NCBI GenBank assembly: GCA_918797485.1
Contig: CAKKNE010000005.1
Location: forward strand, 1,364,001 to 1,428,000
Source: Pelagomonas calceolata
Lineage: Eukaryota
Length of the DNA stretch: 64,000 bases
Direction: 5' to 3'
Part shown: in pieces, positions 1 through 11,300 of the stretch
How positions within the stretch are numbered: the first letter of the stretch is position 1
Layout of the letters: each line of letters opens with the position of its first letter
The notes under the pieces: generated by a model
Told to the model about the DNA's origin: nothing
Seen by the model: only the letters and a program-made list of their open reading frames with translations
Databases searched by the model: none
Position numbers and translations under genes: made by a program

Positions 1-185
1 TGGACGCCGACGCCGACGACGATCCGCCGCCCGCGTCGCAGCCCGTAAAAAAGGAGAAGAAAAACGGATACGCAGTGGACGGCTTCGTCGTCGACACTGA
101 CGATGAGGAGGCCCCCGCCGCGGAGCCGGCGGCCAAGCGGCGGAAAGGGACGCCTCCATGGGACTGGACCACGGCGCCCTTGTAG
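1..185 (+). CDS. 3' end of a gene that starts before the window (acidic/basic low-complexity C-terminus)
   Basis: Open frame DADADDDPPPASQPVKKEKKNGYAVDGFVVDTDDEE...WTTAPL ends at TAG 183-185, followed by an AT-rich gap. Confidence 0.6.
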   Translation, partial: DADADDDPPPASQPVKKEKKNGYAVDGFVVDTDDEEAPAAEPAAKRRKGTPPWDWTTAPL

Positions 186-236
186 GATGTCTAATGAATC
201 AAAATAGAACGAATTACGCAGCCGCCCAGTAACTAA

Positions 237-2551
237 TTAGTGCGCCGGCTTGCCGACGAACTCGACGCCGACGCGGTGCAGGAGCAGGTGGAACTCCTCC
301 AGGTCTAAAGCACCATTCCCGTCGTCGTCGATGTCCTTGATGAGGTTGTAGACCTGCGTTACAATTATCACGACACGAAAACACAACAACCCGCGGCAGA
401 TCAGAAAAAAAGGGGTCCTACGGAAATGGATGGCGCTTCGGTTGGTCTCTCATAAGGTGCGTCAGTAAGGTTGTAAACTGAACGAAGGCTCGTCATCGGA
501 CTCTATGACTCAAGAAACGCGGGAGAAACGCACGTCGTCGATGGACAGCTCCTGGCCGATCTCCCTTATCGTTTGATGGAGCTCGTGCACCGTGATCAAG
601 CCGCCCCGGTCGTCGTCGACCTGTGTGTCTAGCGTCGACGGCGCGCGGCGGACACGAAGGGAAGCAGACGCCGCCGCGGAACAATTTCGAACATTTCTTT
701 GAGTAACTCGTGGGGGTCCACGTTCTCCCGGACGTACCTCTCGAGTTTACGCCCGAAGGCGTAGAACTCATCAAAGGAAATCTCCCCGGACTTATCATCA
801 TCGAGGAGCTCGATGATCTCCGTTATTTTGCCCTCCGTTGCTGTACTGAACTTCGTCAGTAGTACCCTCAACTCGCTCCGGTCGAAGATCCCGTCCTGGT
901 TCTCGTCAAACACGTCGAAGATCGACCGCCAGCTCCGCTCCTCCCGCTCGTCCTTGCCTGCTTGATCAGATAACTGCATCGCGGCTCGGACGATGTCGGG
1001 CTTTCTCAGAAATGTGACCACTTTGAGAGCTTCAAAGGCCGCGACGGTCCGCTGCCGTCGGATGACGTGCTCCACAAACCGCAAATTCTGCAGAGATTCG
1101 ACATGGCCCGCGATCGCGAAATCATCAACAGCTTCTCTCACGTATATCGTACACAGTACTGGAGGTAGCAACGCGACGACGAGGACTATCAATCTCACGT
1201 AGATGGAGTAAGTAGCGAGGACTTCGCCTTTTAACAGTGCCGGGGCATGTACGAGTAACAATATCGCGATGTAGATAGCGGCCCCAAGAGGCACAAACCT
1301 CAACACATCCAAGGTAAATTTTGATTTTTGATGAGGGCCACTCCAAAAGGCGTGGTGGTACGTGTCGTGGACCAGAACCTTTTCCCTCGGTTCAGGAGGC
1401 CGCTTCGGGCTTCTAGGTGGACTCTTCGCGCCCTTCTTTTTGAAGGACCGCTCCTCCTGGGCGTGGCGTCTTCTTATGCTTCTATTGGTCATGGCCTTCA
1501 GCGAGCCGCGTTGGCCCCGTTGTTCCGCGTCGGCTAGGAGCGGAGCCGTGTGCTGCACGAGGATCCGTCGTAGTTTCGCCAATACGAGTCCGGCCATCAA
1601 CGGCAACGCATAGCCCGCCAGAATCCAGCCGACCATCTTGTCCCTCTTACCTAGTAAGCCGTCGACCTGCCACGCTAAGAGTAGTACAATCTCGAGACAT
1701 ACCCACGACTTGACAGGTACCTCTACGAGCTCCTCCAGAGTCCTCCCCAATGCAATTCCTAGATAGGACGCGAATTCAAAGTCCGCCGGGTGCAGATCGC
1801 GGACCACGCAAAATCTGTCACGTGTAAGTGAGAAGATCAGACTGTCGACTTGTTCGTCCGACGTGTTGGCCAGCGACAACAATGATGCTGATTGTAATAC
1901 TTTATGCTTCCGGATCGTCCGCTCCGACACGCGATCAACACTCAACCCCTCCCAGTCCTTCCACTTGTTAAGTACTCTATCTCCGAGTCTAGCTAAGTAC
2001 ACCGCTTGCGCGAGGAAGATGACCATAACTAAGAAAAGTACCATATGTACTGATTCACCGAGCTCGGGAATGACCTCGCCGTCGCCGTACAAATACTCTG
2101 AGAGTTCGTGGGGCCAGGACATCTTGAACAGGATGAACAACGTAAGTCCAATAAAGCCTAACAAGGTAAGTTCTCCAAATAACCCGACGATGATGGGCCG
2201 CATCGTCTCCGACGTGTGCTCCAGCAGGTGCTCGTGCGTGATTTCGAAGGCTAACGAGACGCCCACTAGGCAACTCACGGTGAGGACGATGATATGTAAT
2301 TTGAGGACGCGCTCTTCCTCCTCCTCTTCCTCGTCTTCTTCCTTCTCATCTTTGGTGGTCTCTTCCTCCTCGAGGTCGACGCAGGCGCTCTCCCAGCTCC
2401 TTATGCACTTGTTTAGGGGCTCGCACCACGTGTAGCCGGCGGACGCTATGCAACCATTAGCGTCGGCGTCGCCTCCAATTAATGGTGTGCTCGACGCGGC
2501 CGCGGCCGCGAGCAGGCACGCCGCGGCCAGCATTGGCGCTGTGCGCCGCAT
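237..2551 (-). CDS. MLO-like multi-pass membrane protein with four C-terminal EF-hands (3 exons, ~690 aa)
   Basis: Exons 2551-683, 620-534 and 353-237; GT-AG introns 682-621 and 533-354 restore EF-hands 3 and 4 (DDDRGGLITVHEL, DDDGNGALDLEEF). Signal peptide; MLO-like motifs ELTLLGFIGLTL and FEFASYL; EF-hands DENQDGIFDRSEL and DDDKSGEISFDEF. Start could be 2551 or 2533. Confidence 0.75.
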
Positions 2552-2982
2552 CTGGTGCACTGTGGTGTGTAGCCCAGGTTTTAGGCAGCTGTGCGGCGCG
2601 TTATTTCGCAGCGCTTTCGAGAGCAGCGATGCGTGCTAGATAAACCAGCTGCTGAGCAATAGCAATCACTAAGTTTACGCGCGCCGCGCCAGCGTTTTTG
2701 GCTTGCGGACCGCGAGCAGCCCAGCCCCACGCGCTCGTCGGAATCTTCGCGAACCCGGTCCAGGACCCGTCCGAAGACTCTTTTGATCCGCAATGTACCA
2801 AATTTTGACGCGGGGAGCCCAGTCTTTGGGAGCTTGGGATGAACGCGGGCCTCCAGGTGCCCATTGCTCGGACAAGGCGGGGCCACGGGCTCCGGGGGGC
2901 GAAGCACGGGGTACGACGGGTCCCCTGTAGAGCTGGGGGTAGAAACAAAGCCAAATCTAACTGGTTCTCATAAGATAGAGGT

Positions 2983-5034
2983 ATGAGCTATGAGCCCCCC
3001 AACTCGGGCAAAGCGGGACGACTAACCTCGCTCGCAGGAGCCCTGCAGCGCGTACAGGAGGCGCGACTCTGCGCATCAGATACGCGCGATACCGCAACCT
3101 CGATGGAGTGGCAGGCGGCGCCAGTTTCGGCCGCTCCAGCAGTGCTGAGCACCGAGACCACGCCGAAAGCAGCCGCACCGGTGCCCAGGACCGGCGACGA
3201 AGGCCCCTCGGCCGCGCCGACGGCCACGGCGCCGCCCGTGAACACACGGCTATCGCCAACTGATGAGGACCCATCCGCGGCCGCCGCCGCGCCGCCGGCC
3301 GAAGCCGAGCACACACCATCATCGAACGAAGCCGAGCAAACGCCGTCGTCGCACGGTTCCGACGACGACGACGAGGGCGCCTGCGGCGTCTGCGGGAGCA
3401 AACATAGCGAGGAGGAGGACGCGCTCATCTTTTGCGACGGCTGCGAAGTCGCGGTCCATCAATTATGCTACAATATTTCGGACGAGACGGCGGCATCAAA
3501 CGAAGACTGGTTCTGCGAGGCCTGCCAGGAACTCCGAGAGGGCAAACGCGACGCCAGTCCTCTGAAATGTGTGATCTGTGAAAGCGGCCGACCGAACGGC
3601 ACGGACTTTTATCGGGACGTGCCTCTCGCGTTCAAGCGAGCCACATCACTCCCGCGGGCCTACGCCAAGGAACGGCTCGTAAATGATCCGCACGGGAGCT
3701 GGCGGGACTGCTGGGCGCACGTGGCGTGTGCCGCGTGGGTCCCGGAATGTGGATTTGTCGATGAAAATAGGCAGATCGCCGCGTTATGTGGCGATCTGTC
3801 CGAGGTGCGCTCGAAGGGCAAGTGCGACTTCTGCGGCGAGCGGGGCCAGATCGTCCAGTGTTCTCGGAAGCGGTGTGCCGCGTCGTTCCACCCCGCGTGC
3901 ATATTGAGGGAGCTCATGGGGCCGCGCGAGTGGTCGAGACGGTTTGATGAGGGCCACCCCGGCGCGTTCGTGAGGTACGCGGGCGCCGCGGAGGCTGTTG
4001 GTGAGGTCATTTGTGGCAAGCATTGCGGGGTTACGGACGACAAGGCCCCTTCACAACCGTTGGTGAAGTCCGACTACGAGTTACAAAGGGACGCTAGGAT
4101 AGCGCAGAACCAGGCCTTCCTCGCTTCATTAGGATTGGGCGCCGCGCAGTCTCCTCAAAAAAGTCCCGCGCGGCGCAAGCGGCGCCGCGGGCCGGCGCAG
4201 CCGGCCGCGCGGAAGTCGGCGCGCGAGTGCGCGCAGGCCGTGCAGCCCGGGCAGTACGCGCCGCCGCCGCAACGGCGGTCGGAGGCGGAGATCGAGGAGG
4301 AGCGCGAGGAGCGCGCCGCCGAGCGCCTCGCCAAATTTTTGAAGAGGGCGGACAAGGCCGCGGCCGGCGCGGCGGCCGCCGACGCCCGCGAATATTTGAG
4401 GTTTGCCCGGTTCCTCGCGGAGCGGCCCGTCGACGCGGCCGCGGCGGCTTTGTTGTATGAGCGGTGGGCGCGCGAGGGCCCGGCGTTCTTCGCTCGGTTT
4501 CGCGAGGAGGAGAAGCTCCGGAAGCAGCGCGCGCGCGCCGACGAGCAGGCTAGACGGCGGGCCGAGAAGGAGGCCGCTTTGTTAAGGAAAGACGCGGACC
4601 GGGCCGCGCGCGTCGCCGACAAGTGCGGGGCCGATAATGCTATAAGAGCCGCGCGGGCGCTGCTGAAGGAGCTCCGGAAGACGAGGAAGAAGAAGGCGCG
4701 GCGGCCCGCGGCGCCCGAGCCCGCGGCGGACGAGGGAGATCTCTACGCGCGCCCCTACAAGAAGCGGAAGAAGCGTCATGTCCCGACGCCCAACATCCGG
4801 TTGCGCGTCGTGAGCAATTCCGCGGGCACCGTGTCGGAGGATATGCCGCGCTTCGTAAATGTGAAGTGCGGCGCGTCGGTAGCGCGCGCGATGCTGCCGG
4901 AGGCGCTCTGGCCCGGGCGCTTCGCGCCGCGGCCGCGGTCCTACGCGTACGTCGCGCTGCCGCCCTCGGTCCAACCCGCCCGGAGGGCGCCTTCTTTGCC
5001 AATGGACGTGCTCGGTTTTACTGGTCTCTGCTAG
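2983..5034 (+). CDS. PHD finger plus extended PHD (BRPF/JADE-like) chromatin protein
   Basis: CGVC...LIFCDGCEVAVHQLCY...WFCEAC, then CVIC...WAHVACAAWVPE...CDFC...C..KRCAASFHPAC...CGKH. Start could be 2983 or 3103. Confidence 0.85.
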   Translation: MSYEPPNSGKAGRLTSLAGALQRVQEARLCASDTRDTATSMEWQAAPVSAAPAVLSTETTPKAAAPVPRTGDEGPSAAPTATAPPVNTRLSPTDEDPSAAAAAPPAEAEHTPSSNEAEQTPSSHGSDDDDEGACGVCGSKHSEEEDALIFCDGCEVAVHQLCYNISDETAASNEDWFCEACQELREGKRDASPLKCVICESGRPNGTDFYRDVPLAFKRATSLPRAYAKERLVNDPHGSWRDCWAHVACAAWVPECGFVDENRQIAALCGDLSEVRSKGKCDFCGERGQIVQCSRKRCAASFHPACILRELMGPREWSRRFDEGHPGAFVRYAGAAEAVGEVICGKHCGVTDDKAPSQPLVKSDYELQRDARIAQNQAFLASLGLGAAQSPQKSPARRKRRRGPAQPAARKSARECAQAVQPGQYAPPPQRRSEAEIEEEREERAAERLAKFLKRADKAAAGAAAADAREYLRFARFLAERPVDAAAAALLYERWAREGPAFFARFREEEKLRKQRARADEQARRRAEKEAALLRKDADRAARVADKCGADNAIRAARALLKELRKTRKKKARRPAAPEPAADEGDLYARPYKKRKKRHVPTPNIRLRVVSNSAGTVSEDMPRFVNVKCGASVARAMLPEALWPGRFAPRPRSYAYVALPPSVQPARRAPSLPMDVLGFTGLC

Positions 5035-5243
5035 GTTTCTTAAGATACGTGTGATTTATCTGCGCTAGGCATCGACTTTGCCCGCGAAAACCCGTTTTGC
5101 CACACCGCCGCGCGCGCGATAGAGCGCAACTTGGCGCGGCGCCTATATAATAGACTCGTGAGATATTATTGATAAAATCGCGACCGCTTCCGCGATCGAT
5201 TACAACGCACAGAGGTCCAGAGCACTGAGACTCAGCAGACATA

Positions 5244-6191
5244 ATGGATACCCTGCCAGACGACGTCGCGCGCGTCGTCGAGGAGCTCCTCGGCCCCAGA
5301 GAGATCGGCGCACTGGGCTGCGCCGGCAAAAGGTGGAGGCCAAGCGAGAAGATCTGGGAGCGCGTCGCGAAGCGAGACCCGCTGACGCATTGCACGGTCG
5401 TGCCCTGCGTGTGGTCCCTGTGGTGCGAGGCGCTCTCTAGGATGGAAACACTGGACGCAGACAGGGTGATTGACTCTACTCTCTCTGAGGGCGACGGCAT
5501 GGAAGAGTATATGAGATTGGTGCTCCAGATCTGGAGAGGCGACAAATTGCTGGCGACAAAGCATTTGGAGTTCGAGCCGGACACGTGCCATTACGGAGAC
5601 GGGACCGATGCATGGGATAACGTGTCAGCTATTTGTGCTGGCACGGATCATTTGCACGTGGGCAATGACGTCACCCCGTGCATGCATTGCAGAGAAATGG
5701 CGGCCCGGCCCGGCGAAACGGTCTCGGATTCCCTGGGCGTCAGAATCGGCCTGGACGCTGAGTCGCTTCGTTTCCGCGTCGTTGCACTTCCGTGCGAGAT
5801 CCCGCCACAGAATGCGTTTGCCCCGACCATCGTTTTCAGTATAGACGTCCCGAAAGAAATCCATGGGAGCTTCGTCAATAAATGTCAAGGGCTGGTCGCC
5901 GACATACTGAGCGATTCATTCCTTCGTGAACCTGAGGATTCGTCAGAGTGGGGACTGACACTTCACCACGAGGATCTCGTCTTCTATCCATTGGATCAAG
6001 CGTGGCTGATGAGCTCCCCTCTGGACGAAGATCAAGTCGGGCTGACGAGCTCCCCTCTTTCCAGTCGCCCGTCAATCGTCGTCCGCATTGTCCGCGACGC
6101 CGCCGGCGCAGCCGTGGACCTCGTGATCGAGGAGTTCAATTGGGAGGACCGCTCGCCGCGCTTCGCCCAGATTCGTATGAATTTTCTCTAG
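5244..6191 (+). CDS. Hypothetical protein with an N-terminal F-box-like motif
   Basis: 315-aa ORF beginning MDTLPDDVARVVEELLGPREIGALGCAGKRWR. Confidence 0.55.
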   Translation: MDTLPDDVARVVEELLGPREIGALGCAGKRWRPSEKIWERVAKRDPLTHCTVVPCVWSLWCEALSRMETLDADRVIDSTLSEGDGMEEYMRLVLQIWRGDKLLATKHLEFEPDTCHYGDGTDAWDNVSAICAGTDHLHVGNDVTPCMHCREMAARPGETVSDSLGVRIGLDAESLRFRVVALPCEIPPQNAFAPTIVFSIDVPKEIHGSFVNKCQGLVADILSDSFLREPEDSSEWGLTLHHEDLVFYPLDQAWLMSSPLDEDQVGLTSSPLSSRPSIVVRIVRDAAGAAVDLVIEEFNWEDRSPRFAQIRMNFL

Positions 6192-6228
6192 CGTGTCTAA
6201 TGTACGACGTGCTTAGGCGGGGGGTATA

Positions 6229-7998
6229 TCAATGCGAGTGCATCCCGACGCACTCCTTGAAGGCGCCGTCGATGACCTCGCTCAGCGTCGGGTGCGTGTG
6301 CGTCGTGAAGGCGAGGTCTCTCACAGTGGTACCGGCTGCTTTGGCGTTCGCGCACTCCTGGATGAGGTCCGCCGCGTGCAGCCCTGTGTGGAACGGACAC
6401 GGTCGCGACGCGGCCGCGGCTCTCATGCGACCGCATCGACGACGTCGAGGCGGCATTGCGGCATCGCGTCGACGCCATCGACGCGACCTTGAAGTTCGGA
6501 AACGTTCGGAAACAGACGCCGAGTCAGCACCGATGATGTGCACGCCCAGGATCTGCTCCGTGTCCCTCCGGAATAGTACTTTCGCAATACCATCACCCTC
6601 GCCCTCGGCCAACGCTTTGCTGTTCGCTCTAAAATGACTGACCGCTTTACCGAGCTCGAAACCTTCTTTTTCCGCCCGTTCGGCAGCCGCATCCTCATCA
6701 AGACCCACTTGCGCGACCTCGGGATGCGTAAAACACGCGGCAGGAATGGACTCGTGGTCCACGACATGAGTTCGCCCGCAAATGTTCTCGATCGCGGACA
6801 CGCCTTGAGTAGAAGCGGTATGCGCAAGCATCTGAATACCGTTGGCATCCCCGATGCAGTACAAATGCGGAATAACGTCACCGTCGGGCTTGTCAAGAAC
6901 CTGCATCTTGTCGTTGACCTGCACGAAGCCTCTGGGGGCTTCGATGCCCGCCTCCTCCAAGCCTAGCTTCTTCGTGTTCGGTACCCTGCCGGTCGCGACC
7001 ATGCAGGCATCGACCTCCAGCGTCTCGACGTGTTCCTTGGTCGTCGCGTCGATCATCTCGATGATCACCGGTTTTTCGCCGATCTTACCTGGGGTCACTT
7101 TCGACGCGAAGACATTGGTCCGGTAGTCGACGCCTCTGTTGGTTAGTAACAGTCTCTCGGCGGTCTTGGCGATTTCGCGATCAAAGGCCGGCATGAGCTT
7201 CGGTAGTGCTTCGATGACCGTGCACTCGGCGCCGAGCGCCGTGTAAACGTCGGCAAACTCAAGACCGATGATACCGCTGCCAATAATCGCGCAGTACTCG
7301 GGCACGTGCTTGAGCTCCAGACCCTCGTCCGACGTGTACACGGTCTCGCCGTCGACCTCGACGCCGGGCGGTACGAACGGTACGGAGCCCGGTGCCAAAA
7401 TAATGTCCTGGGCCGTCATCGTCTCGCCGTTGCCCACATCCAAGACGTGGGGCTCCTTGTAGACGCCGAACTTCGGGACTAGATCGACACCTAATCGGCC
7501 TAGCGAGCCCTCTAACCCTCCTCTGACTTTGTTTACTAGTTGTTCGGCATGTTTCGCCACACCTTCCCTATCAAACGACACGCCATTGGTCGAGATGCCC
7601 ATGCTCGCCAGGTGGTCGTCATCACTCATTTCTCGGACCCGTCCAGAGGCAGCTAACAACGCCTTGCTCGGCACGCAGCCTCTGTTAACACAAGTGCCGC
7701 CGACGTCGCCTCCGCTCAACACGCACGTCTTCAGGCCCTGGCTCCTCGCGTGTAAGGCGGCGCCGTGGCCGCCGACGCCGCAGCCGACAATGATCACCTG
7801 TGCGCAAATCAATCAGTGAGTCCCACGCCATCGATCCGAGGTGGGTAGCGCGTTGCAATTGATTTCTACGCAGCGCGCGACGTCGTAGTCGTAGTCGTGC
7901 ATCGTCAGGGCCGCGCGCGTTGTTACTCTGCTGCGCTTGGGGAGCAATGGCCTCAAAGCCGCCGCCGTGGCTGCGAGAGCCAATACTCGCCGCGCCAT
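6229..7998 (-). CDS. LPD: Plastid dihydrolipoamide dehydrogenase (E3), 3 exons, ~512 aa
   Basis: Exons 7998-7882, 7797-6531 and 6383-6229. Motifs DYDVIIVGCGVGG, GGTCVNRGCVPSKAL, GSGIIGLE and HTHPTLSE; signal plus transit peptide MARRVLALAATAAAL. Confidence 0.95.
6384..6530 (-). mobile_element. Introner-derived intron (147 nt) in LPD
   Basis: GTGCTGAC...TTCCACACAG; removal restores VHIIG-LHAADLIQE. The 3' end matches the family TIR and the intron contains GACGCCATCGACGCGAC (6471-6487). Confidence 0.75.
7798..7881 (-). mobile_element. Introner-derived intron (84 nt) in LPD
   Basis: GT donor, 8 nt, then imperfect TIRs CTGCGTAGAAATCAAT / ATTGATTTGCGCACAG (12/16 match); internal ACGCCATCGA. Confidence 0.75.
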
Positions 7999-8202
7999 CT
8001 TGTTACGGGACGACTACTGCTTACTTCGACCAATGGATGCTGCACGCAATTGCCTCCGTCGCGCGTACAGGGTCGCGCAGCCTGAGTGCGTGGGCCTGCT
8101 ACTTTCAGCCAAGCAAGTGCTCGGCGGACTCTCCGCAGCCGTCGGGTGAGCGGTAGGAGTGCTCATCGACGCCCTAAACGCATAGCCGGGCTGGGGTGCG
8201 CG

Positions 8203-8223
8203 CTAGTGGCTGTAAGACACTAG
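8203..8223 (+). promoter_or_regulatory. CTAG-bounded promoter element
   Basis: CTAGTGGCTGTAAGACACTAG in the divergent gap between LPD and the gene at 8377. Confidence 0.65.
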
Positions 8224-8376
8224 AATGGGGGGCCCAGGCCTCTCTCTCTCCATAGGATTTAACCAGGACGCCGCCAGTAAATAATACAGGCATCACAGTC
8301 GCTGGGCGACTAGCCGTCACAGCCTAGAAACCAGGAGACCCGAAAAAAAGACACACCGAGCGCGGCAGGAACCGCA

Positions 8377-11300
8377 ATGCCTCCCAAGCGGAGAGGCGAA
8401 ACTTCCGGCGCGGAGCCGGCGAAGAGACGGCGTTGGACGCCAGATGAGGAGGCCGAGCTGCAAGCACTGGTCGGAAAGCTCGGTCCGGACAAGTGGCCCG
8501 CCGTCGCGCAGCGCCTCGGCACGGGTCGCTCGGCGGCCGCCGTCGAGCTGCACTGGAAGGGCACCGCCGCGTCGGCGCCGTCGGCCGCGCCGAAGCCGGC
8601 GAAGCGGGCGCGCAAGTCCGCCGCGAAGCGGGCCGCCAAGTCGGCCGCGAAGCCGGTTGCGACCGGCGACTCGCTGGCGGCGCTGCCGCCGGCGCCGCGC
8701 GCGGCGCCGCCCCGCGCCGCGCGGCGCTCGCCGCCGACCGCGCCGCCGCCCGGCACGCGCGTCGCCGTTCGCTTCGACGACAAGGACTACGAGGGCACCG
8801 TCGGCGACGCGCTGGACGAGACGCGCGCCACGGTGAAGTTCGACGACGGCACGAGCGACGACATAGACTTCACGGAATCGGGCATCCGCATCACGCGCGA
8901 GGCCCCCGCGGCGGCGCCGCCGCCGGCCGCGAAGCCGGCCGCGAAGGCGAAGCCGCGCGCGCCGCCGGCCGCGAAGAAACCGCAGTCGAAGCCGGCGCCG
9001 CGGCCGCCCCGCGCGGCGCCGACGCCGGCCGCCGCGCCCAAAAAGCCGGCCGCGAAGCGCCCGGCTCCGACCGAGGACGAGCCGCCGCCCGCCGACGACG
9101 TCGACGCGCTCGTCGCGCGCAATGCGCCCATCGTGCGCACGGAGAAGCCGCGATCGACGCAGCGCGCCGAGGCGATCGAGGCGGCGACGACGGCGCGCGA
9201 GTACGTCGACCGCGGCGGCAAGAAGAAGGACCTCCTGTACGACCTCAAGAGCGGCTACTTCTGCGTCGTCGGGGAGGCGGCGCCCACCGAGGACCCCGCG
9301 CCGCCGCCGCCCAAGCCCGCGGCGAAAGCGAAGCCGGCGGCGAAGGCGAAGTCGCGCGCCGCGCCGGCGCCGGCCGCCGCACCCAAAAAGCCGGCCGCGA
9401 AGAAACCGCGCCCGGCGCCACCGCCCGAGGCGGCGCCGGAGTCGGCCGCCGCTGCGCCCGGCCCGCCGGCCGAGGCCGGCGGCAAGGCCAGCCGCTTCAA
9501 TGGCGTGAAAAGAACCCCTGTACAGGGCGGCAAGTGGTGCGCGGAGATTTGCGTGAAAGGGCACACCATACCCCTCGGCGACTTCGACCTCGAGGAGGAC
9601 GCCGCGCGGGCCTACGACGCCGCGCGAGCGAAGTGGGCGGCGATGCATAAAAGCATAAGACCGCTCAACTTCCCCGACGAGGCGCCGCTCGCGTCGGCGC
9701 TCGCCGCGCTGCCGCCGCTGCCCGCGGCGCTGCAGCCGCCGGCGTCGCTGCCGCCGCGCCGCCGATCCGCGCCGCCGACCGCGCAGCCGCCGCCGCCCGG
9801 CAGCCGCGTCGCCGTGCGGTTCAAGGACGGCATTGAATACGCGGGCACGGTCGAGAAGGTGGAAGACGCGAACCATGCGTTCGTGCGGTACGACGACGGC
9901 CAGAGCGAGACCGTGCGCTTCCCGGACCCGGACGTGCGCGTCACGGGCTTCGGGCCCGAGGCGCCGGCCGCCAAGCCGGCCGCCAAGCCGCCCCGCGCGG
10001 CGCGCACCGCGCCGGCCGCCGCTCCGGCAGCGCCGCCGCCGGCCACGAAGAGACCGCGCGCGCCGCCGGCCGCGAAGAAACCGCAGTCGAAGCCGGCGCC
10101 GCGGCCGCCCCGCGCCGCGCCGACGCCGGCCGCCGCGCCCGCACAGCCGGCCGCGAAGAAACCGCGCACGGCGCCGCCGCCCGAGCCGGCGCCGGCGCCG
10201 CGCGTGCGGCCGCCCCGCGCCGCGCGCGGCGGGCCCGACGCGCGCGTCGGCCGCTGGGTCGAGGTCTGGTGGCCCGAACAGAGGAAGTGGTACCGCGGCC
10301 GCGTCGGCGAGGCGCGGTACTCGGACGCCGCTGCCGGCGTCGAGCTCCGCGTGGACTACGATGACAGCGAGACCCACTATCAAGTGTTCCAGGAAGATGC
10401 CTTCGAGGGCACCGGCGCGCCGCCCCCGCAGCCGGAAGGCGCTCCCAAGCGGTGGAGATTCTTCGACGGGCCTCCGCCGGCGGAGCATTACGTGCACAAG
10501 AAATGGACTCCCCAGGAGGAGAACGATCTGCGCAAGCTCGTCGCGGAGCTCGGCGAGGAGCAGTGGGCCGCCGTCGCGGAGCGCATGGGCACGCGGAGCG
10601 AGAAAAGCGTGGAGACACACTGGAAGGTCTTGACGGGCCAGCGCACGGCGAGCGGCTATGGCAAGCCGCGCGCGCAGCCGCTCAAGGCGGCGCCGGCCAT
10701 CGACGCGCGCGTCAGCAGCTGGGTCGAGGTCTACTGGGCCGGCGAAGGCGAGTGGTACCTCGGCCGCATCGTCGGCCAGCGGAGGCGGTCGGCGCGCCAC
10801 GAGACCAAGGTCGCCTACGCCGACGGCGAGACGATGTACGAGGCGCTCCGCGACGTGCCGTTCGACGGCGACGGCGAGCCGCCCGCGGTCGCCGACGGCG
10901 AGCCCGAGCACTGGCGGTGGGCGCCCGTGCCGCCGGTGCGGAAAGTGGCGATCGACGTCGACGGGCTCGTCGAGCGGGCCGTCCCCATTAGGCCGACGGG
11001 GAAGCCGCGCGCTCGCGACCGGTACGCGAGCGCGACGACGGCGCGCGAGTACGTGTCGCTGGGCGGCTCGACGGCGGACCTGAAGTACGACCTCGTCAAC
11101 GGCTTCTTCGTCGAGGACGCGCCGGTGCCCGCGGAGAGCGCGCCGGCCGCGAGCGCGCCGCGCGGGCCCGGGCGGCTGACGCGCCGCCGGGCCTCCGACG
11201 AGGACGCGCAGCTGAACGAGGCGATCCAGCGGTCGCTCGCGGACGCGCCGCCGTCGCCCCCCGCGCCGCCGACGCCGGAAGCTCCGGTCGACCAGTGGCG

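Noticed and set aside
6384..6530. Apparent 49-aa insertion in dihydrolipoamide dehydrogenase (similar cases at 32179 and 32741)
   Set aside because: Explained as stop-free 3n GT-AG introns whose removal restores conserved motifs.
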